Source: Cyanophora paradoxa CCMP329 (Eukaryota; Plantae; Glaucophyta). From it: a DNA stretch of 64,000 nt. The notes under the pieces are model-generated. The model was not told the origin of the DNA. It did not search any database and saw only the letters and a list, made by a program, of their open reading frames with translations. A program made the translations under genes and the position numbers. Shown piece after piece: positions 1-12,226 of the stretch; the stretch's first letter is position 1, and the number at the start of each line of letters is the position of its first letter. Location of the stretch: assembly GCA_004431415.1 (NCBI GenBank), contig QPMI01000116.1, forward strand, positions 201,662 through 265,661. The letters are read 5' to 3'.

Positions 1-324
1 GCGGCGCTGCGGGAGCTGCGGGGGCCCCGGAGGGCGGCGGCGGCCGGCGCCGGCGCCGGCGCCGGCGCCGAGGGGCGGGAGGAGGAGGCGGAGGCGGAGG
101 AGGAGCTGGCGGCGCTGGCGCGGCGCCTGGAGGCGCGGCGCGCGCGGCGCGGGGCGGCGCCGGCGCCGGCCGCGGCCGACTTTGACGCGGGGGGCCTCCT
201 CGAGGCCCTCTGGCGCCGCGTCGCCCTCCGCCGGCAGCGCCGCGGGGCCGACCGGCGCGCCGGCGCCGGCGCCGGGCCGGGGCCGGGGCCGGCGCCGGGG
301 CCGGGGCGGGGACTTGCCCCCTGA
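1..324 (+). CDS. 3' end of an Ala/Gly/Glu-rich hypothetical protein (gene starts before the window)
   Basis: Frame 1 is open from base 1 (AALRELRG...EEELAALARRLEARR...LLEALWRRVAL) to a TGA at ~322-324, followed by AT-richer DNA after ~420. The true stop is uncertain. Confidence 0.35.
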   Translation, partial: AALRELRGPRRAAAAGAGAGAGAEGREEEAEAEEELAALARRLEARRARRGAAPAPAAADFDAGGLLEALWRRVALRRQRRGADRRAGAGAGPGPGPAPGPGRGLAP

Positions 325-1180
325 CGACCCCCGCCGCATCGAGTGGCTCCTGGGCGGGCGCGGGCCCCTGCCCGGCCCCCCGAGCCCGCCCCCTCCCCCA
401 CGCCCCCCCCTTGCCCGTGGCGTACTGTTTTTGATCTCTGCACTTTTTTGCAGTCTGCTTCGATTCTTTTTCTCAGAGTCTTTTTCGCTTTCAAGGTATC
501 CTCTTGTAATTATCATATAGTATTGAGATCTTGTAATTATCATAGTATTGAGATGGATAGGCCTTCCGAGCTGCGTCGCGAGAAGATCAAACAGCCTGCT
601 TTTCTGTATTCGCTTATTCTGTATGCGTGCCGGCTTTTCGCGCTGATCATGATCATGAATCAAGGCCTTCGAATTTCACCTTTCTTTTCCTTCTTCATTG
701 TGTGATTACACAGCTTGATTTCATGGCCATTTGAGAATGTGCTCAATTTCAATCCGTCGATATCGATATCGCCCTTCTGCAGGGAGGCGACACTGTACAT
801 GTGACAGCCCGCCGACAGGGGCCAGGCAGCTGCAGCGCTAGCCCAGGCCGCCGGGCCCCGAGCCCGGATCGGCCTGCAGCTGAGATCCGGGAGGGCGCAT
901 GCGCACCGTATACGTAGGACATGGGATCGGACGCACGGACCGGACATTGAGAAGCGCGCGCGCGCGTACGCGTCTGCGCATCGTGCTCATGGCATGCATG
1001 CGCGCGCTTGCAATTGCCATCTGCCCGCGCGCTCTTATTGTCGTTTTTGGTTGTGGGCACGTGCGCATGCGCCGCGGCGCAGAGCGCGCCGCGGCGCACG
1101 GCATGCGCACCGGTACCCCGGCCCGGACCCGGGCCCCCGGGCCGCCCCCCACAGCCGCAGCCCCAGCGGATAGCAGCGCG

Positions 1181-3223
1181 ATGCACGATGCCAGAGAAGA
1201 TCCAGGCGAACAGAGTCCGTTCGACGGGCTGCCCAGAGAGATCCTGTCGCTGATCATCGAGTGCCTCGGCTTGCAATGCGCGGCCAGCGCGAGGGCAGTG
1301 TCCTCCAGTTGGCGCGAGGCAGCAGACGCGGTGCAGTGGAGGTGGCTGGAACTCACGACTCGGCGCGCGGCGCGCGCGGAACAGCTGGCGATGACGATCG
1401 TTCCGGCTGCAGCTGCGGCCGCGGCGCCCGATCATGATCAGGCGGCCGCGGCCGGCGAAGCCCGCGGCCGTTGGATCCGCCTGGCCGCCGGCGCGTGCGT
1501 CTGCTTGGAGTTCAGCGGCCCCGGAGACTTGAACGATGCCGAGGACGCCGAGCTGATCATGATCATAAGCTGGGGCGTGGCGCTCAAGCTCGTCGCGGCG
1601 TGCGCGGCGGCGAGCGGCGCCGGCGGCCTGGGGGGCCTGGAGCTCTCCTGCCAGCGCTCGTCGAGCTGCTGCGCCGGAGACCTCCTGCGCGCCCTCGCCC
1701 CGCCAGCGCCGCCCGGAGAATGCGCATGCGCGCAGGGCGCGCTCCGGTACCTCCGCCTCACCGGCAGCGACCGCAGCAGCTACAGCCCCAGCGGCGAGTC
1801 GCGGCAGTGCTCCGGCCTGCCCGCCGGCCTCGAGGATCTCCTGCGGCCCTTCCCGCGCCTCGAGGTCCTCGACCTTCCCTCGTGCTGCACCGCCGACGCC
1901 AGCGCTGTCTCCGCCCTCGCCCGCTCCCTCCCGCGCCTCAGGGAGGTCCGTAAACGTCCGCCCGCCTGCTTCTGCACTCTGCTGATCGGGGGGCACACCA
2001 GCTGCAGCTGGGGTTCGCCCCGGGCCTCGAGTGCGCGGCGGGCCTGGCGCCGCTGGCCGCCCTCGAGATCCTCGACCTGAAGGGCCGCCCGGGAGACGTG
2101 CCCGACCTCGCCCCCGTCCTCGAGGGCCTCGCCGCCGGGCCCGCCGCCCGCTCCCTCCAGCGGTGCGCCCCTAAACTAAGCTCTCCTCTGCTCTGCTTTG
2201 CTCTACTTTGCTGAAGCTAAGCTACACTAGAAACAGATCCTGTACTTTCTCCAAATCTTAACAGCTCTGAAGCTTAGTTCGCTAATCAAGCTTTTCCCGT
2301 CAGCATCCAGGGCGACGGGGAGCTGACGGAGTTCGGCCTACGCGCCCTCCCGCGCCTCACCGCGCTGCGCTCGCTGCACGGGCAGTACGCGGTGCGCAAA
2401 TTTCGAAGTCGCCCCGCCGGACTCGAACTCGAATTTGATCCCGAATTTGATCTCCTCCTCTGCAGGTGGACGGGTCCGTCCCCGCGGCGGCCCTCGCCGC
2501 GCTGGCCGCCTGCCCGTCCCTCCGCCGCGTCGGGATACTCTACCTCCTCTTCTTCGGCCCCGAGGGCGAGGAGGCGGTACCCCTGCTCGCGGAGCTCCTC
2601 GCCGGCTTCCGGGCGGCCTTGGAGCGTACCACCTTCCTCCACCTCGATCTCAGCATCCGTGCGCGCGATTTTCCATCTTCTGACTTCCGCTCGCTCTGGC
2701 GTCAACCGTCGGTCGCGCGCGCGCGGCAGATTTGCCGCCCTCCTCGTCGGCCTTTGCGGCCCTGGCGGCCCTCGTGCGGGCGGCCGGGCCCAACCGCCTG
2801 GATCTCTCGCTCGACCTGAACTTCAGGGACGGCGGGGCCGGCCTGCCGGCCGACCCCGCCGCCTCCGGCGCCCTCTGCGACGCTTTCCTCGCCGCCCCGC
2901 CCCTCTGCGTCGCCTTCTACGTCACCGCCGACCCGCCGGCCGTCGCCGCCGGCCGCCTCGCCGCCCTCGCCGCCTTCGAGGGGTGCTCCGCCCTCAAAGA
3001 CTTCGAGGCCCGTCCCTCCCTCGCCCTGCCCAGGCCTGCGCCTGCGCCTAAGTCTAAGCCTAAGCCTCTGGGCGCAGGTTCGGCTCCGGCTGGGCTCTCC
3101 CGAAGAATTCGCGGAGGCGGGCCCGGCGGCCGCCGAGGCCGTCCGGCGCGCCCTCCCCTTAGCTCAACTGGATCTGCTGAATTTACTGAGCTGAATGATC
3201 TAGAATTGAGCTTGGCGAGTTAG
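1181..3223 (+). CDS. F-box / leucine-rich-repeat-like protein, multi-exon
   Basis: N-terminal FDGLPREILSLIIECLGLQCAASARAVSSSWREA matches the F-box consensus (LP.EIL..I...L......VS..W). Downstream exons give LRR-like segments (FPRLEVLDLP, SLPRLRE, ALPRLTALRSL, ACPSLRRV). Short GT..AG introns occur at ~1947, ~2163 and ~2392. Start and end are approximate. Confidence 0.75.
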
Positions 3224-3619
3224 TTGAATGAGCTGTTGAGCTTCAAGCTTCGCCCCGGGCGCGGGCCCGCTGGCGACTTTGCCGAGAAAAGTTAAACCTC
3301 GAAACATGGGACGCCGCCTCGCGATCGGGGGAGGGGGGGGGGGGGGGGGGGGGGGCCGACGCCTCGGCCGCCTCCTTTCTCCCTCGAGCTTCCCCCCCCC
3401 CCCCCCCCCCCCGTCTCCTCAGCGCCTACATCTTGTGCCGATCCATGCATATGGGCCGACTCGCTCCATGCGCCAGGCTCAGGCGCGCGCGGATCCCCGC
3501 GGCACGCGGATCGGTCCGCGGATCGGTCTGCAGCTGCGTGTAGAGCCGCGAGGCTCGCGCCAGCTAGCGAGCCTGCCGCGCTGGCGCGTTGATATATATC
3601 GATCATCAATCGGTAGACG

Positions 3620-3938
3620 TAATCTATTTAAGCTACAATGACGCATCTATATAGCTACATGTACAAGGTCCGAAATCCTCAGAGAATACTATAAAAGTTC
3701 GTACGTACAGATCAAGGCCAGTCGGCCGGAATGAGGCCGGGGGGGCAGCAACGCTCGGGCCGCGGGATCGGACGCTGGTCGACGGGCCGACTTAATCTAT
3801 TTAAGCTACAACGATGACGCACGTACATGTACACATTCATGCAAGAGAATACTATGAAAGTTATAGAGATCGAGGCCAGGCCTGGCCGCGGGCCAGCCGG
3901 CCAGAACGAGGCCGGGGGTCAGCAACGCTCGGGCCGCG
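3620..3938. repeat. Imperfect ~170-bp tandem duplication
   Basis: TAATCTATTTAAGCTACAA...AGAGAATACTAT.AAAGTT...GAGGCCGGGGG.CAGCAACGCTCGGGCCGCGG occurs at ~3620-3765 and again at ~3793-3938. Confidence 0.8.
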
Positions 3939-3993
3939 GTCAGGAGGGCCGCCGGGGCGAGCCGAGCCCGACCGAGAGCGGCGGGGCCCGCTC

Positions 3994-5878
3994 TTACCAG
4001 CTCGGGGGGTACTCGAGCCCGGGCGGGGCGGGCGAGGCGGGCGCGGGGACGACCCCGTAGACGGGTATGTTGTAGAGCAGCTGGAAGGCGGCCCCGGGGG
4101 GCGGGCCCGGCGGCCCCGGCGGGCCGGGTGTCTGTGGCCAGAGCACGTGGTGGGCGTAGGAGCCGGGGGCGGGGGCGGGAACGGGCGTGCGGGGCTCCGA
4201 GGCGGGCCCCGGCGGCTTGGGCAGGATAGGCCGCCCCAGGCGGGGGTCCTGGTAGGGCATCACCTAACGTAAACGACAAGCATTAAAACAATTAGGAAGC
4301 TATAAGAAAGAATCAAAGAAAGAGAGAGGGGACCTGGAAGGGGACCTCGAGCTTGGGGGCGATGGGGCGCGCGGAGGCGGCCGAGGGGCGCGCCTCCGCC
4401 ACCTGACGCAAGGACACGATCAGCTCTGAAACAGCAGCAACAACGAGCTTGCTTTCGACTAACGACAGGAAGGAGCGGCCGCCCACCTTCCGCTTGCCCC
4501 TCCGCCGCTTCGCCGCCGCCTCCAGGAGCGAGCGCGCCGTCACCACGTCTGTCAGGCGGGCGGGCGGGCGGGCGGGTCGGACGCGCCCCAAACGAGCAGA
4601 GTTGGGCGGGGCCGGACGCACCGGCGGCGGTGGGCGTGTAGTCTGCTTCGGGGTCGGAGCGGGACCGGAGATCGTCCAAGAAGGTGGGCGCCGGCTCCCC
4701 CGCGCCCCCGCCCGCGCCCGCGCCCGCGCCAGGCGGCCTGCGCCGATACGCGACGAGAGCAGCAGTCAGCGGGCCGGCCGGTCTGCCGGTCGGCCGAAGC
4801 AACAGGGGCGAGCGGGCGCGCGCACGAGTGGGGCGCCGAGACGTGCCCGCGCGCGTGCGCCGGCTCGGGCTCGGGCTCCTTCGTGAGCGACATGCTCGCC
4901 ACCCGAAGCGACAGGTCCAGGCTCACGCGCTGCCCGCAAGAAAGGAAGCGTGAGAAGGGGGGACGGAGCCGGGCCGGGGGCCGGGAAGTGGGGGGGGGGT
5001 ACCGCACCATCGCCTCGGCGACCTTGACGACGCTCTCCTCGTCCTCCAGCACGTGCACCTGCGGCGGGAGGGGGGTACGCCCCACGTCAGGCGAGGCGGG
5101 GTACGGCGTTCTGGGAGGGGGAGGGGGGTACGCGCCTCCTCGCGCATCTCCTGCGGGGACTCGGGGTCGAGGGCGTCACGCCCCGGCGGGGGTACCGGCG
5201 GCTGGATGCCCATCAGCGTGAAGAACATCTGACGCGGCTCGGATCAGATCAGATCAGATCAGATCAGATCGGACCGAATCGGATCGGATCAGATCAGACC
5301 ATACCTCGTTGGTGGGGGAGGGCGCGGGGGCCAGGGCCTGCCCCGGGGCGGAGGAGGAGGAGGGGGAGGGGTCCGGGGCGGCGGAGCGGGGCGCGATCTG
5401 GGGGCGGTACGAGTGGACTACGTGGCTTGGGCCCGAGCAGGCGGAGGAGAAGGGGGACGAGGGGGAATGCTCCGCCTGCGGGAAGAGCGTCAGCGCGGCC
5501 AGAACCAGATCGGATCGGATCAGATCTGATCTGAGGACCTGGGAGGAGGAGGACCCGGCTGGCCCGTGAGGCTCGTCGGCGGCGATGGCGAGGCCGCGGG
5601 CGCGGTAGGAGAACGGGGCGGAGGCCGAGCCCGAGGCAAAGGGCAGGCGCCGGGGCAGGGGCAGTGGGAGGGAGGAGCCGCCGAGGGCGGCCCACTCGCG
5701 GGCCGCGACGCGCTTGACGCCGAGCACGAAGACTACGCAGAGGCCCGAGAAGAGCTTCGTGCTCACTGCCCGGCGGAGGAGAAGGGAGTGAGTGAGATGA
5801 GTTTGGGAGCGGATGGAGGGCGAGAGAGGGCGCAGGCGGGCGGCTAGCTGGCGCGAGCAACGCGCTAGGCGCCCCCAT
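3994..5878 (-). CDS. Hypothetical Pro/Ser-rich protein, multi-exon
   Basis: Exons can be joined via GT-AG introns (e.g. 5229-5304, 5476-5538): STKLFSGLCVVFVLG..., MFFTLMGIQPP..., VHVLEDEESVVKVAEAM, PTFLDDLRSRSDPE, and a terminal Pro-rich exon ending LEYPPSW*. No recognisable domain. Confidence 0.5.
5240..5300. repeat. (GATCA/GATCG)n pentanucleotide array filling an intron
   Basis: ggatcagatcagatcagatcagatcagatcggaccgaatcggatcggatcagatcagacc. Related arrays lie at ~5505-5533 and ~9074-9096. Confidence 0.85.
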
Positions 5879-6016
5879 CAGATCGAACTGATTCCGCTGT
5901 TTCCAGCGCCCCGCGATTGGCTAACAGCCGGCGCTATCGGCTAACATGGCGCTAGTTTAAGCGGGCGCTATCGGCTAACAGCGAACAGCGAACAGCCAAC
6001 AGCGGACAGCGGACAG

Positions 6017-7406
6017 CTAAGCCGGGCGGGGCGCGGGGCGGGGCGCACGGGAGGACGTGAGGTAGCGCGCGATCGCCGCCTCCGATTCCGAGAAGAGCGA
6101 GAGGTACGTGAATCTTTGGGGGGGGAGAGGAGAGGGGGGTACGCGTTGGACGGACGGGGGCCGCCGGGCCGCTGGGCGGGCGGGCGGGGCGCGCGCGCAC
6201 CGGCAGCCGTTGGGCGTCGGCGCCACGTGCCGCACGTTCAGCACCCGCCGCTTCTCGAGAAACCGCCGCGTCGTCCTGCATTCGGGTACCCCTGTAAGAG
6301 GGGGGGTGGGGGGTAGGTTTGGGTGGATGGGGGCTACCAGGTGCCGTCCTGGAGCTCGGCGGGGAGCTTGATTGACATCGCGCTCCCGTCCTCCAGCCTG
6401 CGGGGCGCCGCTCGAGAGGGATGGGGAGCAAGCAGGGAGGGGTACGCCACACCGCCGCGAGGCGTACATCATAAGGCTGTCGACTCTGCGCGCGGCGGCT
6501 AGCGCTCAGGGGCGGGGCGGGCGGGCGAGCGGCCGGGCGGGCGCCGAGGCGGGCGGGAAAAACTTCAGCTTAAGCTTCTATCTTAACAAGCTTCTATTTT
6601 AAGCTTAAGCTTCTATCTTAACAAGCTCCTATCTCAACAAGCTTAAGAAAAACAAGCCTGAAGCTTCTATCTAGGAACGTTGGGCGGGCTGGCGGGCGGG
6701 GGCGCCGGGACGCACCGCCAGCCGAACCACGCGGTGCGCGTCTCGTGGATCGCAACGCCGCCGAGCCCGTCCGGATCCGCCCACGACGCCTCCTCGAGGA
6801 CCTCGGTGACGCCGTCGCTCACGACGAACTCCGTCAGCTCGTCGCCGCGCGAGCGCGCCACGAAGCACTGCGCCGCGAAGCCGGCCGGGACCTCCAGATC
6901 CACCACGATGCCTGCCCGCCGCCGCCCCGCAGTCAGTGAGCTCAAGGCATGCACACCGGTCGGGGCCCTGGAGCGGCGCGGGCGGCGGGGCGCGGCGGGG
7001 AGGGGTGCGGGCGCACGGAACCACCTCCAACGCGACGGCTTCCCGCCCTCCAGGTGCCGCCTGCGGTTAGGGGCGGTCGGGACTCGGGACCGAAGCGATC
7101 AGACTAGTACTGCGACCATGAAGGTCGCGCAAGCGTGGCCACTTGGCGAGACGCCAGATGTGGCGACAGACGCCAGATGTGGCGCCGACAGACCGCCCAA
7201 CGTTGCTAAAGGCAGCGTAACGCGCAACGCACTGGCACTGCACTTCCACATCCTCGTGCACGAGAGCCGTGCGCCAGTCGCTCTTCCCGAAGCCGTTCTC
7301 TTGTACGAGCGCGAAGACCTGCACGAAAATCACCAATGGATCGCGAAGGATCGCTCCCGGCCACCGGCACCTCGTCGAGGTGCCCAGCGTCGTACGGCGC
7401 CGGCAT
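6017..7406 (-). CDS. Hypothetical protein, multi-exon
   Basis: Coding-like exons VQVFALVQENGFGKSDWRTALVHEDVEVQC, GIVVDLEVPAGFAAQCFVARSRGDELTEFVV, VPECRTTRRFLEKRRVLN and FTYLSLFSESEAAIARYL are separated by GT..AG introns. Confidence 0.5.
6558..6680 (-). repeat. Intronic AAGCTT-rich dispersed repeat, copy 1
   Basis: The reverse complement reads ACGTTCCTAGATAGAAGCTT...(GCTTGTTAAGATAGAAGCTTAA)n...AAGTTTTT, matching 27576-27678. Confidence 0.85.
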
Positions 7407-7819
7407 GGGCGCGGCGCGCCGCGCTAGCGCTGCTGCCGACTCGCCGCCCTCCTCAACAAGGCGTCCCTGATTGCTTTCCTATGTATGCCATGCAAAGCTG
7501 CCGCTGCTAACGGCTGCAGGCTCCAGCTTGCTCAGCTTAGCTTAAGCTTGCAGACGTGCCTTGCACGCACGCGCGATCTATTGTGTACTCGACCGCTGCG
7601 CCGATTCCGCTTCGGGGGGTAGTGCCACAGTGGGCGGGGGGGGGGGGGCGGGGGGGGGGAAGCCGCTCGCTTTTCATCCGCGCGCCGTCCCGCCGAGAAC
7701 CCCACAATTGCAAGACCGCGCGCGTTGAAAGCTGAGCCCTGCGCGCGCACGCTCCAAACCCGCGCGCGTACCGCAGGGGCGCATTCGCAGTCGGCGAGCA
7801 GAGGATCGAGCAACGCCGC

Positions 7820-10800
7820 TTGCGGCGACGGCAGCAGCAGCTGCTGCACGATGTTGGATGCGATGCAGCAGCCGCGCGGCATGCGCAGCATTTCCGCCCC
7901 CATCCACGCGCTGTGCGCCGCCGGCGCCAGGGAGCATCGCGGCCGCCCGCAGCCGCAGCCGCAGCCCTGGCGGCAGGAGCGGCGCCCCTCCAGCGCGGGG
8001 CAGCGACGGGGCTCGCGGGCGCGCTCCTCGGGCCTTCGGCGGGGGCCGGCGCTGAGCTCGCGCCCACCGGGTGCGACCCGCTGCCGCGCCAGCCTCTAGC
8101 TGGGATTCGCTGGCCGCCTCTGATCCGCGCGGCGTCAGACTGGGCCGAGCAGAGGCCGCGCGGTCCTATCTCCTCGCGCAGCGTGCGGTTCGCAGAAGCC
8201 GCGGTCACCGGTGGCGGCGGCGCGGACGCGGCGGCGGCGGGCGCGGCGGCAGGCCCAGAGGCTGCGGCGGCCGCGTGGAACAGGCGGGCGTCGCGGGCGA
8301 ATTCGATCCGCGTGCGCCTGGGGAAGGGTCGCGCCGCGAAACGGGCGTCCCTCTTCGCCGCGACTCCCGCCGAGGCGCCCACGCTCCTCGACGACCTCCG
8401 AAAGATGTACGCCCCGCGGCTCTATTCCCCCGCGGCCCGCGTGACGTCACGCAGGTACGTCACGGGGGAGGAGGAGCGGCGGGCCCTCGAGGAGGGCTCC
8501 TTTTTCTACACACCGAAGGCCCTCCTCCAGGCCCGCCGCGTACCCCTCCCCCGCACTTCCCCCCCCCCCCCCAACAACTCACCGGGGGGTACGCGCGCGC
8601 AGCGGGAGGCGGCGAGGCTGGACGGGGACGTTCGGGCGCTCCTGGGCCGCTTCTGGGCGCTGGCGACCGACGGGGCGGGGGCGGGGGCGGGGGCCGGGGC
8701 GGGGTACGCCGCCGGGGCCATCCCCAAAAACGAGTACGGTCCGCGCCCGCCCACCCGCCCGCACCGCGCCGCCCTCCCGCCCGCCCGCCCGAATTATTGA
8801 AGCGTTCTCTCCATGGCCAACTGTAATACGCTCAATTATAAGACACCAAAGTTAGTCACAGTCGCGTTGCGTTGTCTGTTGTTGTCTTACTTCGGCGCGG
8901 GCAGTGCGGCTGCACCGGGCGCTCTACCGCGCCCTACACAGCGTGTGGGACCCCGCCGAGGCCCTCCGGTTCGCAGAGGTCCGCGTACCCCCCCTTTAAT
9001 TTGGCCAACCCCACCGTCCCCGCCCTCGTCCCCGCCCCTCCGTTTCACCCCCCCCTCCCCCTCTTCCACCTAAATCTGATCTGACCTGATCTGACCGGAG
9101 CTATTTATAACACCAGGAGGACTGGGAGCGGGACCGGAAGGGAGCGGGGGCCGTCGACCGCGACCGCTGGGCCCTCTCCATCTTCGAGGCGCGTACCCCC
9201 CCCTCCGCTCTTCCCCCCCCCCTTCCTCGAACCGGGCCGAACCGGGGCGCAGCTGGCGGACCGGTGGACGGACAGCCTCGAGAAGGAAGCGTGCGCGGCT
9301 CCCCGGGGGGTAGGGAGGGGTAGCCGCGCTGGAGGGGTACGGGGGCGTCGTAGGATACACATGTGAAGGGGCCTTTCCGGGCGCCTTAGTCGCCCCGAGC
9401 CGAGTCGCCCCAGAGCCCTCTAAGTGCCTGGGAGCCTTCAAGGGGGCCCCGGAGCAGACGACCGAAGCAAGCTAGTCAAAGGCTCGGGGGTCCCTGGGCC
9501 TCGGACTGGAGCTGGCGCCCGAAGCTAGCTAGTCCTAGCCGTCCTTCCTAGCCGTTCTAGCCGTCCTAGTCGCCTAAGCCTATAGCTAGGACCACCGCCT
9601 AACAGTCAACTAAGCCTAAGGACCGCCTAAGCCTTGGTCGCCCAAGCCTAGGACCGCTGTCAGTCCTTGTCGCCTACGTCTAGGACGGCCCCCTCGCCTC
9701 CCCCCTCCTCCGCCTAGGAGCGCTGACGCCCCCGCCCCGCGCGGGCCCTCCCTCGCTCCCGGCCCGCCCCCGAAGGAGCCGACGTGACTCACGCGCCGGG
9801 CCGGGGGTACAGGTACCTGGCGTTCCTCTCGCGTCTCTTCATGGCGGTGGCGGAGTGGGACGAGCGCCGCGCCCGCTTCCGCCTCCGCGACCTCGACGGT
9901 AAGTAAGATATAAATAGCGCCTAGGAAAGGAATTAGATCCGAATCTAGCTCGACCTAGAGCCTAGAAGCTAGGAAGGATATAGCACCTATAAAAGCGATT
10001 AGATCTGGATATAACTCGATTGAAGCAATCTGGCCGCGCCCGATTCCGCCTCCGCGGTCTCGACGGTGCGAGATACTAAGATATAGCGCCTTGAAAATCA
10101 ATCAGATCTAGGCTGTAGCCTGAAGAGCAATAAGATCTAGACGGTGCGCGCGCGAATTGAAGCAGTCTGGCCGCGTTCCCATATTATAGCGTCTAATGAA
10201 GCAATTTGATCTGGATCTAGGTTAGATAACGCCCGCGGCTGACTTCGCGCCTGCAGAGATCGCGGAGGGGGTCGCCGCCGGCCCGTCGGACAGCAGCGAC
10301 GAGGAGGACGAGGACGAGGAGGGGGAGGGGGAGGAAGATAACGAGGACGAAAAGGACGAGGGGGGCGCTCGGAGCGCGCGCGACGGCGATCTCGGGGGGC
10401 GGAATTCGGGCCGGGGTACAGGGGCCGGGGCCGGCGTCCCGGCAGGCTCGCCCCACGCGGCGGTTGCCGCCCTACGGCGGGGCCCAGCGGCCGCGTCGCC
10501 GGGGCACGCCAACTCGAAGCCGGCGGGGTACGGCCCCCGCTCCGCCGTCCGCCCCATCGACGAGGACTACTACAAGTGCGGTACCCCTCTGCCTCATCCC
10601 CCCCCTTCGATCTAGGACATCTGGGACTCGACAAACGTTGGATAGAATTGTACCTAGGCCTCCCCCTAGGCTTCCAAACTTTAATTTCATATTGATCGAT
10701 AGTGATCAGATAAGCGAACGGCGGCCCCCGTCCGCTCCGCCCCCGGCCGACTCTCATCCTCGCCGCCCTTCCTTTCGCCGCAGGCACCTCTGCGGCGGGT

Positions 10801-11427
10801 CGCGTGCCGGCGCGCAGGCGCGGCCGCCCTCGCCCGGCCCCTCCCGCCCCTCCCCCCCGGGCCTCGTCGGCTCCTTCGGCGGGCCGCGGGCCGTGGCGAT
10901 CGGCGGCGTACCCCCCTTCCGAGAGGCGCCGGTACCCGTCCCCGTCCCCGCGGCGGGCCCGCGGCCGGGGCGGGCGCTGGGCCCCGCCTGGCGCGCTGTA
11001 TCGGCGTCCTTTCCGGCCTCCTCCGCCTCCCTCGAGATCGGCCCCGCCCGCCCGCCCTCCGCCGCCTCCCTCGTATCCCTCGCCTCCGCCGCCTCCGCCC
11101 CCCCGCGCCCGCCTCCCGCGCCCCGGCCGCCCGCCTCCCGGCTGCCGTCCCGCGCCCGCGTCGGGTCACCTCGCCCCGCCCGCGACGCCTCCAGGCCGCG
11201 GGTTTGTTCTGGGTCAGGCCCTGCCGCCCCTGTCCCGCCCCTTAGTCGTAGGACAGGTCCAGGGCCTGGGCCTGGGCCTGAGGCCTAGGCCGGCCTCGCC
11301 CGCCCAGGCGGGGCCGGAGGCGGCGGCGCAGCGGCGGCTGGCGGCGGCGGTGGCGGCGCTGGGGGGCGGCCCCCGTCCCGGGACCGCCTCGGCCGCCCCA
11401 TCAACGTTTCCTAGCAGTCCTCCCTGA
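7820..11427 (+). CDS. EF-hand-like domain protein (paralog A), multi-exon, with acidic and Pro-rich tail
   Basis: The spliced peptide FYTPKALLQ|REAARLDGDVRALLGRFWALA...EDWERDRKGAGAVDRDRWALSIFE|LADRWTDSLEKEA|YLAFLSRLFMAVAEWDERRARFRLRDLD aligns by eye with the gene starting at 22831. Both ends are approximate. Confidence 0.6.
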
Positions 11428-12226
11428 CGTCCACGGCCGCACATCGTCAAACACCGCAATTATAGCTTTAATTTAAATTTAGTGCTAATGTTATTAATGT
11501 CGATCGATCGCATGTTAGCTAGAGGGGAACAGGGGAATGCCATCTTATATAATCATGGCATCGCGATATCAGCTGCACTGCGGCAGCCTGGAAGAGGACA
11601 TGCATTTGTGTTCATATGGCCCAACAATATTTAGAATGATGTCTACGTCGCGATCGTGCTTATATAATTAGACCTCGCAATTGCAATTGCTTCGAATTCC
11701 TGGCCATGGCATGCCGGGCCATGGAGAAGTAGCTCTGAGATCTAGAGCGCAGGCTCCGCCCGCGGGTCGCCGTACTCTGCCGTCACTATCGGTTAACGTT
11801 CTTATCCGATGATGATATGCAGCTGCAGCATGAAGCGTCGGAGTTGCGGCCGCGGATCGTTGCGGGCGGCGGGGCGGGCACTCCCCCCCCCCCACCCCAC
11901 CCCCCCCCCCCCCCCCGCGATTTCTCTAGCACTCTCTGAAGGGAATTCGAAGTGAAGGAGCGCTCTAGCTTTCTCGACCCGGTGACCCGAGAGGCTGCAT
12001 CGCTACACTTCTAAATTCGAGAGACACGTTATGTACACCCTACCAGGCTGCAGAAACCTCGCATGACCCAAGCTTAAGACTGGTCATGGCCCCGTGCAGC
12101 AACGCAAACGGCTATGAAGAGCTATAGCTATCGATCCATGAACAGCGGACGGCCGCTGGTCGGGACTTGCAATTGGCTACGCGATGCGGATCCGGGTCCG
12201 GCCCGGCAGATCGAGCTGCAGGTCGC

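Noticed and set aside
3327-3412. Poly-G followed by poly-C tracts forming a potential hairpin
   Set aside because: Long G and C homopolymers are common throughout the host region and their lengths are unreliable. There is no further support.
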